Source: Candidatus Bathyarchaeia archaeon
GTDB taxonomy: Archaea; Thermoproteota; Bathyarchaeia; Bathyarchaeales; Bathycorpusculaceae
Assembly (NCBI GenBank): GCA_049521795.1
Contig: JBEKOM010000001.1
Coordinates: 288,001 to 352,000, forward strand
Length of the DNA stretch: 64,000 bases
Direction: 5' to 3'
In this document: piece after piece, positions 38,545-48,098 of the stretch
Layout: each line of letters starts with the position of its first letter
How positions within the stretch are numbered: position 1 is the first letter of the stretch
Made by a program: the position numbers and the translations under genes
Notes under the pieces: generated by a model
What the model was told of the DNA's origin: nothing
Seen by the model: the letters and a program-made list of their open reading frames with translations, nothing else
Database searches by the model: none

Positions 38545-39579
38545 TCAGAGGGCCGCGCTTTTCTTTGGGCCCATCAGAGTTTCCGCATAAGCGGAAGCTA
38601 GTTGGAAGTATGCCTTTGCTTCTTCCATTGCTTGTCTCTTTTCCCCGCTACTTACACTGGCGTCTTCAAGTTTGAAACTGGCAACTTTTCCTCGCACGTA
38701 GGCTCGGTAGCATTTGTAGAAAGGAAGAATCTTCTTCAACTTTCGGTCTCCAGAATATTCGACATATCTATTGATGAAGAAGTCAGATAGATCGGTTCGT
38801 CCTTTGAAGTCTAAATCCATAGCTAAGAAGGCGATATCGGAGGCAACGTCAGAAAACCTAAATCTTTCGTTGAATTCTATCGCGTCGAAGATGTAAATTC
38901 GGTCTGCTAAAAAGATGTTACCCGAATGAATGTCCCCGTGACAGTCTTTGACTCGGTCCTCCTCAGCCCTATTCTGAAAAAAAGACCCAGTTCTCTTCAT
39001 AAACTCGTACACTCTTTCACGGATTAGCTTGAAATCCCTTGTTGATATCGTTTTGCCGACAAATCTCGAGGTCTGTTCAAAATTTTCTTTCCAATTGGTT
39101 TCTATTATCGCCAAGGAACCGAACTCGCTTATCATCTTGTTCGTATCCGCCTTTGAATGGAATTCAGCGATGATCTTCGCTATTCTGTCAATAAGCTCAT
39201 TATCCACCTTGTTCTCTTCGAGCAGCTTGCTCATCATCTTTTCCTGAGGCATTCTCTTCATCTTCACAGCATATTCGACAGTTTGCCCTTCGCCCCTAAT
39301 CTTAATCACGTTTGATCTGTTGATAGGAACAACCTCAAGATACATACCTTCGCACAAGCGCTTGTTGAGCTCCAGTTCTCTTTCGCAGAAGAACCGCCTC
39401 TTTTCGAGAGTTGTGAAGTCCAGAAATCCAAGATTCACAGCCTTCTTCACTTTGTAGACAAAGTTTCTGGTCAAAAAGACGAAGGATATGTGGGTCTGGG
39501 TAAGTTCAATTCTGCCTGGTTGCTCATCATAAGCCTCAGGTGTCATTAGAGCTTCTACAACTTGTTTCTGAATGGACAT
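38545..39579 (-). CDS. aminoglycoside phosphotransferase-like kinase (N-domain of Rv2004c-type proteins)
   Basis: QTHISFVFL, YKVKKAVNLGFLDFTTLEKR, CHGDIHSGNI, FDAIEFN and YRAYVRGKV. Confidence 0.9.
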   Translation of the reverse strand: MSIQKQVVEALMTPEAYDEQPGRIELTQTHISFVFLTRNFVYKVKKAVNLGFLDFTTLEKRRFFCERELELNKRLCEGMYLEVVPINRSNVIKIRGEGQTVEYAVKMKRMPQEKMMSKLLEENKVDNELIDRIAKIIAEFHSKADTNKMISEFGSLAIIETNWKENFEQTSRFVGKTISTRDFKLIRERVYEFMKRTGSFFQNRAEEDRVKDCHGDIHSGNIFLADRIYIFDAIEFNERFRFSDVASDIAFLAMDLDFKGRTDLSDFFINRYVEYSGDRKLKKILPFYKCYRAYVRGKVASFKLEDASVSSGEKRQAMEEAKAYFQLASAYAETLMGPKKSAAL

Positions 39580-39680
39580 CTACTAGGTCTGCTTCCTTTA
39601 GACCATTTGACAGCCTTTCTGTCGCTGATAGAACATCAATTAGCCATATAGGGCTTTCCAGTATCGCGAGCTAGGCGGGT

Positions 39681-40301
39681 TCAAATCTGCTTTTTCATCC
39701 ACATGCACGGCTTTGATACGAAGCAATTATCCTTTATGAAAAATCTCCAAGGCAAGTGCTTCCATTCCTCTGCGTAGTCTACGTTAACCCTTGTTGTTTG
39801 AATGACCTGTTTCTCATTTATCGTCACACCCGTGTCAATGAATAAAGGTGGAACAGACAAGTCTGTACCATTTTGTTTTTTCGATATGCCCATGGCAATG
39901 CAAAGCTTGCTTGGGCCATTGGCTAAACTTACTATCCGACTTCTGGCAGAACTCCTCCTTCGGATCATGAGGTCAACGCCCTCTATCGGCTCAAACGCTC
40001 TAACCAAGATTGCCTCCGGTTTTCCAACAAGGCTTCCACTCGTGACGTTAAAACAGAAATACATTCCATAAACTTGATAGATGTATGCGTGTCCCTTAGG
40101 CCCGAACTGAACTTCTGTCCGTTGTGTCCGGAGATTTTTGTAGGCATGAGATGCCTTATCCTCTGGACCTGTGTAGGCTTCTGTCTCAACGATTTTGCCT
40201 ATCGTGGTTCCTTCTGTGTTCTCATGAACAAGGAATTTTCCAAGGAGCTCTTTCGCAACAGTTAATGTGTCTTGTTCATAGAACGTTCTGTTCAGGATCA
40301 T
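39681..40301 (-). CDS. mpg: DNA-3-methyladenine glycosylase (AAG/MPG)
   Basis: VAKELLGK, IVETEAY, AYIYQVYGMYFCFNV, NGPSKLC and PWRF. Confidence 0.93.
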   Translation of the reverse strand: MILNRTFYEQDTLTVAKELLGKFLVHENTEGTTIGKIVETEAYTGPEDKASHAYKNLRTQRTEVQFGPKGHAYIYQVYGMYFCFNVTSGSLVGKPEAILVRAFEPIEGVDLMIRRRSSARSRIVSLANGPSKLCIAMGISKKQNGTDLSVPPLFIDTGVTINEKQVIQTTRVNVDYAEEWKHLPWRFFIKDNCFVSKPCMWMKKQI

Positions 40302-40426
40302 CTGTCACAGTGAGGAGTTGGATTATAATAAATTCTTATCGCCCAAGATCCTCTGCCTTTCACGCGCGAAGCTGGATATCTCATTTATGAGGTGGCAGAA
40401 AAACTGTTCGGCAACATTTTCTTGAG

Positions 40427-40615
40427 CTAACGCCTTGCTTTCATCACAGCTAATGCTTTCAATGGTCTTTTTTCTTGTGGTATGGTTACAACCAACACGG
40501 CCATCTTTCTAATGGCTTCTTCCGCTGCATGTCGGGCCTCTTTTCTGGCTTCATATTCCCCTTTAAGCTCAATCCAGGGCAGTGTTTCTTCAACTCTTAT
40601 CATCACCGTATACAA
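40427..40615 (-). CDS. small hypothetical protein
   Basis: 62-aa ORF with amphipathic pattern in an otherwise empty gap; GAGG upstream. Confidence 0.5.
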   Translation of the reverse strand: MYTVMIRVEETLPWIELKGEYEARKEARHAAEEAIRKMAVLVVTIPQEKRPLKALAVMKARR

Positions 40616-40795
40616 GCTTTGACGCCTCTGAACGAGAGGTTACGTGTACCCATTAAAACGATTATGAATTCTGAATAATGACCCTAGATCAACGTGCGAC
40701 GGAGAACGAAGAACATGCATTCCTTATTAGTGATACTGACTCTCACTGCATTAGCACTATAAGGGGCAAGATCTGATCGTTATCGATGGTCAATT

Positions 40796-41188
40796 ATGCA
40801 AAGAAAGAAGAAGAGTGCCAAAGAAGGCAAGTTTGCGTGTCCGAATTCGTCGTGTGGCCTGGTCTTTTCGAAGCCTGTGAAAGTCAAGAACGTGGGTTCC
40901 GAAGATTCACAATGTTATGACGCGTGTCCACGTTGTCTGACATCTATAACCGTAGAAGAAAGCGTTCCAGTTGTTTACGCGAAGCCGGGTGCAACGGTTG
41001 AGAATAACAAAGAACAGGATATTGTCGTCGGCAGCTCGGAAGAGAGAATGGCAACGTCATCAACGACTGTGCAGTGTGCGTACCATCTTGGATACCTGAG
41101 TGAACGGGCAAGGAATGAAAAGATACCTGAAGATTGTATAGTTTGTGAAAACATAGTGAAGTGTATGCTCAAAGCTGTCAACGGTTAA
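40796..41188 (+). CDS. double Zn-finger hypothetical protein
   Basis: CPNSSC...ACPRC and CAYHLGYL...CIVCENIVKC. Confidence 0.75.
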   Translation: MQRKKKSAKEGKFACPNSSCGLVFSKPVKVKNVGSEDSQCYDACPRCLTSITVEESVPVVYAKPGATVENNKEQDIVVGSSEERMATSSTTVQCAYHLGYLSERARNEKIPEDCIVCENIVKCMLKAVNG

Positions 41189-41294
41189 GATGACTGAAGA
41201 CAAAAAGATCGTTAGCTGACTTTTACCTTTTTGCCCCAGAGTGAAATTGGTTAACACAAGCTTCTTGTAGAATAAAAAAAACTAGGCGTCTTGG

Positions 41295-41678
41295 TTATTC
41301 TTCGCCTTTTTTCTTCTTTTCTGGTTTCTTTGTCTCTTCCTTTGGCATTTCCTTTGGCGTCTCTTCGGCTGGTTTTTCTTCAACAGTAGGCTTCTCTTCT
41401 TTTTCCATTTCACTTGTGATCTCTTCGATCGGTTTTGGCGGCGGTGTCGTGGCCATTGTCCAACCTATCCATGCGCCTATGCCCATTATGGCGATGAAGG
41501 CGACCAGAACTGGTATTGCTACGACCCAGAATTGGACACCCGAGGTATCTAAGCCGAATGCTTGGTTGAGCCATCCTGGCCAGAAGAGCGTAATGACATA
41601 CAGAAGGCCAACAATCGCGCAGACGATGAATATTACTCCACCTATCGCTTGATCTTTACTAACCATTGGCATCACCAC
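41295..41678 (-). CDS. conserved archaeal two-TM membrane protein
   Basis: SKDQAIG, two TMs, WIGWTMATTPPPKPIEE and a K/E-rich tail. Confidence 0.85.
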   Translation of the reverse strand: MVMPMVSKDQAIGGVIFIVCAIVGLLYVITLFWPGWLNQAFGLDTSGVQFWVVAIPVLVAFIAIMGIGAWIGWTMATTPPPKPIEEITSEMEKEEKPTVEEKPAEETPKEMPKEETKKPEKKKKGEE

Positions 41679-41739
41679 ATGTTAGCCATGTTTATCTCTT
41701 TAATACCTTTTAAAGTTTACCATGTCTTAAGGTGAGCTG

Positions 41740-43011
41740 TTACGTTGTACCCAATTCCCATGTCGCTAGATATTTTCTCTGCTCCTTCGTTAGTCTGTCA
41801 ACCTTGATGTGCATAGAGTCGAGTTTCAGTTTTGCCACGTCATCATCTATTTCTTTTGGCACCGGATAGACTTTCGGCGGTAACTTCGCTTCTTTCGCTA
41901 GGTATTCAACGCAGAGAGCTTGGTTTGCAAAAGACATGTCCATGACCTCGGACGGATGTCCCTCGGCTGCGGCCAAGTTCACAAGTCTTCCTTCGGCCAA
42001 GAGGTACAGTCTTCGTCCATCCTTAAGCGTGTACTCGTCGAGGTTTAGTCTGATGTTTCTTTTTTTCGTCGAGAGTTCTTCGAGGTCTTTGAAGTCTATT
42101 TCAACGTTGAAGTGTCCGCTGTTGGCCAGAATGGCGCCGTCTTTCATCCTCACCATGTGTTCTTTCCTTATCACGCTGGTATCGCCGGTTGCCGTCACGA
42201 AAATGTCGCCTACTGCAGCCGCTTCGATAATTGGCATAACGCGGAACCCGTTCATCGCGGCTTCAAGTCCCCGTAGCGGGTTCACTTCGGTGACGATCAC
42301 GTTCGCTCCCATCCCTTGTGCTCTCATCGCGATGCCTCTTCCACACCAGCCGTAACCGCAGATGACAAAGTTCTTGCCCGCTAGAAGAATATTTGTTGCT
42401 CTCAATATGCCGTCCAACGTGCTTTGGCCCGTTCCGTAACGGTTGTCAAACAAGTATTTCGTGTAAGCGTCGTTCACTGCAATTATTGGATACTTGAGTG
42501 CACCCTTTTTCTCCATGGCTCTCAAACGAAGCACGCCCGTGGTTGTCTCCTCTGTCCCTCCTTTGATTTTCGGCAAGGCCTGTTTTCTCTTCCTGTGCAG
42601 TGTGCCAACGAGGTCTGCCCCATCATCCAAAGTTATCGTAGGGACAAGATCTAACGCTTTCTCAACGCACCAGTAGTATTCTTCGGTCGTTTGACCTCGC
42701 CAGGCAAAGACGTTTACACCTATCTTTGCAAGCGCTGCTGCAACATCGTCCTGTGTTGAAAGAGGGTTAGAACCGCACAGTGCAACTCTTGCTCCTGCGG
42801 CGACGAAAGTGTCAACGAGCACGCCTGTCTCTTTTGTCACGTGCAGACATGCCCCTAGGGTCAAGCCTATCAGCGGCTTTTCTTTGGCAACTCTCTCCCT
42901 AATCTGGGTTAAGACTGGCATATGCTTTGATGCCCATTCGATCTGCAGATTTCCACTGGAAGCTAACGTTAGGTCTTTGACCTTGAACTTTTCCATAATT
43001 GTTTTCTCCAT
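41740..43011 (-). CDS. ahcY: adenosylhomocysteinase
   Basis: [32 protein letters not shown] and [11 protein letters not shown]. Confidence 0.97.
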   Translation of the reverse strand: MEKTIMEKFKVKDLTLASSGNLQIEWASKHMPVLTQIRERVAKEKPLIGLTLGACLHVTKETGVLVDTFVAAGARVALCGSNPLSTQDDVAAALAKIGVNVFAWRGQTTEEYYWCVEKALDLVPTITLDDGADLVGTLHRKRKQALPKIKGGTEETTTGVLRLRAMEKKGALKYPIIAVNDAYTKYLFDNRYGTGQSTLDGILRATNILLAGKNFVICGYGWCGRGIAMRAQGMGANVIVTEVNPLRGLEAAMNGFRVMPIIEAAAVGDIFVTATGDTSVIRKEHMVRMKDGAILANSGHFNVEIDFKDLEELSTKKRNIRLNLDEYTLKDGRRLYLLAEGRLVNLAAAEGHPSEVMDMSFANQALCVEYLAKEAKLPPKVYPVPKEIDDDVAKLKLDSMHIKVDRLTKEQRKYLATWELGTT

Positions 43012-43145
43012 TACGTTCTGTGACAGTTCGCTATTTAAGGCTAAGTGCGAATTGATTCATTCTTTGGCACTTCCCTTGATTTCTCGGCTTGTATCGCTAT
43101 ATTTTTAACTTGTAGCCGATAACTCTTCGCTTTGGATGTGATTTC

Positions 43146-44234
43146 TTGCTTGAATTGAAGGCTGAAAGAGTGGAGGAGTATCTCTCAAGTGTCTATAAGG
43201 CAGCGGCTAAGGTCTTGCGAGTCGTGCCCTTGCGTAACGGTCAGGTTGCTGACTTGAAAGGCTTCGGGTACGGGGTGCCCTACCTTATTGAGTTCAGTGT
43301 ACAAGGACAAACCAAGCGGGTGGTCTTGGAAACCATGCGGCCTGAAGGCTTTGGACATGACTACTTCTCTGACAGGGCCGCCGTTCTGCTGTGGCAGCAC
43401 TCCGCGTTTAACAAACTGCCTAAGCATGTCAGTTCTGTTGATGTTGGCTCCTTTTCAAACGACGGAGAGACTTTGAAGTCATTGGGAGACTGTATTGAAT
43501 TCTTCATCCTAACCGACTTTGTTGAAGGCTCATTATACCTTGAAGACTTAGACCGCATCAAAGAAACCTGCAAGGTGACGGATCTAGACGAGGAACGGTG
43601 TGTGGCGTTGTCTGACTATCTTGTCGAAGTCCATTCGGTCAAGAAGAATGACGCGCCAGAACTTTACGTCAGACGAATTCGCGACCTGATTGGGCAAGGT
43701 GAAGGCATCTTTGGACTGACGGACAGTTATCCGAGCAAATTGGGCTACGTTGACGAGAAGTATTTCATCGAGCTTGAGAAGAACTGCTTGGAGTGGCGCT
43801 GGCATCTGAAAAAGAAGGCGCAAAGGCTTTCGCAAGTGCATGGGGACTTCCATCCTTGGAACGTTCTGTTCAGGCAGGGATTAGATTTCACCGTTCTAGA
43901 CCGCAGCAGGGGCGAATGGGGGGAGCCTGCCGACGACGTGGCTGCTATGACGATCAACTACCTCTTCTATTCTTTACAGACCTTCGGTGAGATGAACGGA
44001 CCTTTCGGAAGGCTGTTCATACTTTTCTGGAAGAACTACTTGGACAAGACGGGTGACGACGAGATTTTGAAGGTCATTCAACCTTTCTACGCTTGGCGCA
44101 GTCTTGTCGTTGCATCACCCTTGTGGTACCCGAATCTTCCCTTGATTGCGCGGAGGAAGATCCTCCGTTTCGCGAGCAGGGTACTCGAAGCGAGAGAATT
44201 TGAGGTTGAAAGCGTCAAATCTTACTTAAAATAG
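43146..44234 (+). CDS. APH-family phosphotransferase
   Basis: Brenner-type VHGDFHPWNVLF and LDRSRGEWGEPADD. Confidence 0.85.
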   Translation: MLELKAERVEEYLSSVYKAAAKVLRVVPLRNGQVADLKGFGYGVPYLIEFSVQGQTKRVVLETMRPEGFGHDYFSDRAAVLLWQHSAFNKLPKHVSSVDVGSFSNDGETLKSLGDCIEFFILTDFVEGSLYLEDLDRIKETCKVTDLDEERCVALSDYLVEVHSVKKNDAPELYVRRIRDLIGQGEGIFGLTDSYPSKLGYVDEKYFIELEKNCLEWRWHLKKKAQRLSQVHGDFHPWNVLFRQGLDFTVLDRSRGEWGEPADDVAAMTINYLFYSLQTFGEMNGPFGRLFILFWKNYLDKTGDDEILKVIQPFYAWRSLVVASPLWYPNLPLIARRKILRFASRVLEAREFEVESVKSYLK

Positions 44235-44337
44235 CATTTGCGACCTTTCACCGCCGGCGTCAAGACGATATATCAACGGTGAGACTAAAGTATAAATAGA
44301 GTCAAGGGTAAGGCTGATTTGGGTAAGGGGTTCAACC

Positions 44338-44457
44338 TTGGGCGTAGAGTCTATAGATGACCTGAAGAGACTTCTCAGCGAGATGGGCTATTCTTCGAAC
44401 GCAGTCAGTGAAATATTGAAATGGTACAGGGAGAACAGTTCTACCAGAAGAGCATGA
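44338..44457 (+). CDS. 39-aa microprotein (UBA-like helical pattern)
   Basis: Manual translation MGVESIDDLKRLLSEMGYSSNAVSEILKWYRENSSTRRA*; TATAAATA about 45 bp upstream; ATGA overlap with the next gene. Confidence 0.6.
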   Translation: MGVESIDDLKRLLSEMGYSSNAVSEILKWYRENSSTRRA

Positions 44458-44855
44458 AGGGCATCTACGTTCTCATAATCGCAATAGACAGGAACATCAG
44501 TGTAAACATTGGCGCATTAGGCAAGTTGAGTTTGGAAAAGGGCCTATACGCTTACGTGGGCTCAGCCCAAAACAACTTGGAAGAACCCATCAAACGGCAT
44601 CTCAGAACAGAGAAGGCGAAGTTTTGGCACATCGATTACTTGCTGGGCAACTCGCCTGTCAAGGTTGTGAAAGTCTTCTACAAGAGAGCAGGAAAGCCAA
44701 ACGAATGCAAGATCGCGACACAACTTGCGAAGAAGGGTTCTCCAATACGAGGCTTCGGCAGTTCAGACTGCAAGTGTGAAAGCCATCTGATCAGGGTCGA
44801 AGACTATCAGTTTTTAAGAGAACACATGAGAGAAACTGTAGTGGGACCAGCATGA
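44454..44855 (+). CDS. DUF123 GIY-YIG (Uri superfamily) endonuclease
   Basis: KGIYVL, GLYAYVGSA, FWHIDYLL and GFGSSDCKCESHL; start ATG 44454. Confidence 0.88.
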   Translation: MKGIYVLIIAIDRNISVNIGALGKLSLEKGLYAYVGSAQNNLEEPIKRHLRTEKAKFWHIDYLLGNSPVKVVKVFYKRAGKPNECKIATQLAKKGSPIRGFGSSDCKCESHLIRVEDYQFLREHMRETVVGPA

Positions 44856-45430
44856 AAGAAAGAGCCTCCGCTAGACTGGGCTGGTGCGTTTGGGTCACAG
44901 GCTTACCTGGAAGCGGCAAGTCCGTCGTGTCCGAAGCTCTGCTCAAGCTTCTCAATCAGAAGGGTATCCATGCTCAACTGTTGTCCGTGGACGCTCTCCG
45001 CAAAGTTTTGACTCCTAAGCCATCCTACTCTTTGGAAGAACGCGACACGGTTTATGCAACGCTCGTCTACTTTGCTGAGCTTCTGACAGAGAATGGTGTG
45101 AACGTTTTGATCGACGCGACTGGTAACCTTAGACGCTTCCGCGAGGACGCAAGAAAGCGAATTCCAAAGTTCGTCGAGGTCTATCTTGCGTGTCCAATGG
45201 GAATTTGCATGGATCGTGAGGACAGAAGAAGGAAAACTCACCTTGCTCCAAGGAAAATCTACTCAAGGGGCCTGAAGGGTGAAGCCACAACTGTCCCCGG
45301 GATCGGGCAACCTTACGAACCTCCTGTAAACGCTGAAGTAACGATCAACGCTGCCAAATGCTCACCGCAAGAATCTGCACGGGAAATACTGCACAAGCTA
45401 TTACTTGTCCAGACTGGAGAAAGAGAGTAG
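44852..45430 (+). CDS. adenylylsulfate-kinase-like P-loop kinase
   Basis: VWVTGLPGSGKS, FVEVYLACP and VPGIGQPYEPP. Confidence 0.85.
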   Translation: MKERASARLGWCVWVTGLPGSGKSVVSEALLKLLNQKGIHAQLLSVDALRKVLTPKPSYSLEERDTVYATLVYFAELLTENGVNVLIDATGNLRRFREDARKRIPKFVEVYLACPMGICMDREDRRRKTHLAPRKIYSRGLKGEATTVPGIGQPYEPPVNAEVTINAAKCSPQESAREILHKLLLVQTGERE

Positions 45431-45434
45431 GCCT

Positions 45435-46055
45435 TCAGGCATTCTTGACGTAGTTGAAAACAGCGTCGGCTTGCTCTTTCGAGATTTTCGAGTCTCGAAG
45501 GAGTCTATCTGCAAGCTCGGTGACCTTTGCTAGGGAGTGCACTCCGTAGCCAAGCTTTCCTAGGTTTTCTGCGCCATGCTGTTCCCTGTCCACCACTACT
45601 AGGATGTTTTCTACGCGGGCCCCAAGCTGCTCGAGGGGCTTTATCGCTTCGAGCTTGGACAAGCCCTCGCTGATAACATCATCAAAGAAGAGAATCCGTT
45701 CGCCTTTTGCGACTTCTGCACCTGCAATTCTTCCCGTGGCGCCGTACGCTTTTACCTCTTTCCTCACCACGATGCATGGCAGGTTCGTTCGACAAGCGAT
45801 ACTTGGCAGAATCAAAGCACCTTTCAACTCGATCGAAGCCAATTTGTCTATCCTATCCTTGGCCCCAAGGCATCTAATTCTGTCTGCAGCAATATCTGCA
45901 AGGGTGCAGAAGTCTCTGGGAGAGGACAGCAGGCATGCAAGGTCAATGTAGTATGGACTTAGGGCTCCAGATTTGATGTGGAAAGTACCAAACTTCAAGC
46001 AACCGGAATGATACAGAGCTCCTGAAATCTCAGAAGCAGTATCGACCATCATCAA
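45435..46055 (-). CDS. pyrE: orotate phosphoribosyltransferase
   Basis: FGTFHIKSGALSPYYID, RKEVKAYG, FFDDVISEG and VVDREQ. Confidence 0.92.
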   Translation of the reverse strand: MMMVDTASEISGALYHSGCLKFGTFHIKSGALSPYYIDLACLLSSPRDFCTLADIAADRIRCLGAKDRIDKLASIELKGALILPSIACRTNLPCIVVRKEVKAYGATGRIAGAEVAKGERILFFDDVISEGLSKLEAIKPLEQLGARVENILVVVDREQHGAENLGKLGYGVHSLAKVTELADRLLRDSKISKEQADAVFNYVKNA

Positions 46056-46274
46056 TCCTCAACAGGACTAGACACCGCCATATTTAATACTTGCCAGACT
46101 TTGTTTAACTCGTGAATTTCAAAGTGTACAAGTGTAAATAGCCAAGTTCGGTATACAACAAATCACGCACAGGCCGCGATAGAAGCACGCAAATAGACGC
46201 TGAAACACTGCATGCAAAGTTCTAAATCCATATGTGTCTCAGTTGAAATAAATGATGCAAAGGAGAAATAGTAT

Positions 46275-46898
46275 TTGTCCTGGGAAAGTTCAATTATTCT
46301 TGAAAAAGGCGAGAAAGTAGTTACTTCTTGGAGGGGCAATCGTGAGATTACCGAGAAAGTGGTAGCGAGAGGTTCCTTCGGACGAAAGAAAGTAGAAGAG
46401 GCGAAGGAACGTAAGAATGGTTACCTAGCGTTGACGAACCAGAGACTATTGTTTCTTGAAGAGCACGGGATGTTCGGCAAATCATACCATCAAGTGCTTG
46501 CTGTACCGTTGATGAAAGTGGGAGGAGTATCGATGGGAGGCATGTTGTCTCCTTTTGTGTCAATAGCAGACGATGTGGAGACTCACATGTTCCATGTCTC
46601 AGGAGTTGGCAAGAACGAATTCGAGCCTTTCAGACAATTGATTACAGAACAGTGTCGTGCGAGAAAAGAAGAGTTCGAAGCGGAAAAGAAGAAGGAGAGG
46701 GTCCAAGTGGTCTTGGACTTCTCATCATTGAAAGATTACATGGAGAAAGGCGGCTTGGTCCTCCAAAAAACGAAATGCCCAGAGTGCGGAGCACCGATGA
46801 CGTTGCCCAAGTCAGGAAATCAGACCAATTGTGAGCATTGCGGAAGCACGGTGTACGCGCAGGACATCTTCGAGAAGGTAAAATCACTGATTGGATGA
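46275..46898 (+). CDS. PH-like domain + coiled coil + Zn-ribbon protein
   Basis: GYLALTNQRLLF PH-like strand pair; CPECG...CEHCG. Confidence 0.75.
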   Translation: MSWESSIILEKGEKVVTSWRGNREITEKVVARGSFGRKKVEEAKERKNGYLALTNQRLLFLEEHGMFGKSYHQVLAVPLMKVGGVSMGGMLSPFVSIADDVETHMFHVSGVGKNEFEPFRQLITEQCRARKEEFEAEKKKERVQVVLDFSSLKDYMEKGGLVLQKTKCPECGAPMTLPKSGNQTNCEHCGSTVYAQDIFEKVKSLIG

Positions 46899-46913
46899 TG
46901 TTCGAGGAGTTCG

Positions 46914-47108
46914 CTACGGGGCAGGGTTCTTGCTGACTTTGGTCAGCTTGTAGTTGCCAATGAAGTCTTTCTTGTAGAAATGGAACAGGCCACAATTCCG
47001 ACACTTCATAATCTTCGTTGACTGCTTAATGTCCAATTCAAACAATTCTAGAGGGCCACCGCAATCGTAGCATTTGCCAGTGTGCTTTTTTGGTTCCTCT
47101 TCAACCAT
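46914..47108 (-). CDS. small Zn-ribbon protein
   Basis: CYDCGG...CRNCG. Confidence 0.7.
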   Translation of the reverse strand: MVEEEPKKHTGKCYDCGGPLELFELDIKQSTKIMKCRNCGLFHFYKKDFIGNYKLTKVSKNPAP

Positions 47109-47403
47109 GCAAAACCCAACGTTTCTTGCTGTTTACTTCTCTAGGCTAAAATATCTTTCCGTGGAACGACAAAATCAGAATAACTGTTCGTGGCGGTTCT
47201 GCTTTTCCCAATTGTCTCAAGGCCACTTACAATGTTTGAGATCCAAAGTTGTGGGTGTTCTGCGAAGAAGGCTCTATTGAATTGTGGATGATTTGCATAT
47301 TGTGGCGCTCATGGATAATGCAAATGATTATGACTGTATGGAAGATTTCTTAAACCACTTACGAAATAGTATAGATAGGCTTGTTTGTCAGGAGGCAGGT
47401 TGT

Positions 47404-47973
47404 TTGAAGGAGATAGAGATCAGACTGGTTTGTGAGCTCATTAGGAACAGCAGAAAAAGTGATAGGGAACTGGCAAAGGCAATTGGTGTTTCTCAGCCTA
47501 CAATCTCCAGAATCAGAACAAGGCTTGAAAGAGAAGGAGTCATCGAGTACGGCGGATCTGCGAATCTGAGAAAACTGGGTTTTGAGATCATAGCAATTAC
47601 GTTTGGAAACAAGAAACGTGAACAGCGTCCCGATACCAAAGTTGCAAAGGGAAAGGTTTTCACGGCAAAGAATCCTAACATGATCTTCGTTTCCACCGGC
47701 ATGGGCTTGAGTTCAGACATGGTAGCAGTCTCAGTCCACAAGACCTATTCAGACTATGCTGAATACTTACAAGAAATCAGGGCAGAATGGGCGGAATCCA
47801 TGGCAGTGACTGGCTCATTTCTCATAGCCTTAAACAGTGACAACGTCTTAAGACCTCTCTCCATGAGGTACATAGCTGATTGCTTAGAGAGAGAAATCAG
47901 AGCAAGGACTCAAAGCCCTGTAACACGAAGGATTTCGGGAGATAACAACAGTTCAAGGTCGAAGCAAATATAG
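47404..47973 (+). CDS. Lrp/AsnC-family transcriptional regulator
   Basis: ELIRNSRKSDRELAKAIGVSQPTISRIRTRLEREGVI; start TTG 47404 after GGAGG. Confidence 0.88.
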   Translation: MKEIEIRLVCELIRNSRKSDRELAKAIGVSQPTISRIRTRLEREGVIEYGGSANLRKLGFEIIAITFGNKKREQRPDTKVAKGKVFTAKNPNMIFVSTGMGLSSDMVAVSVHKTYSDYAEYLQEIRAEWAESMAVTGSFLIALNSDNVLRPLSMRYIADCLEREIRARTQSPVTRRISGDNNSSRSKQI

Positions 47974-48098
47974 AGGCGTTATTTTTCCGCAGGGCCAGCC
48001 GATTTGGGAAAAAGTAGGCCAACCCCTTCTGGCGCAACGGAACCAAAATGTTAATAACTCATTGTTCTCATTCCTAGAAGTCGCGAAGCGAAAAAATA

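Noticed and set aside
32067-47973. Provirus or integrative element at tRNA-Ser
   Set aside because: No integrase, capsid or packaging genes and no attR duplicate of the tRNA 3' end; core genes (ahcY, pyrE) are interspersed
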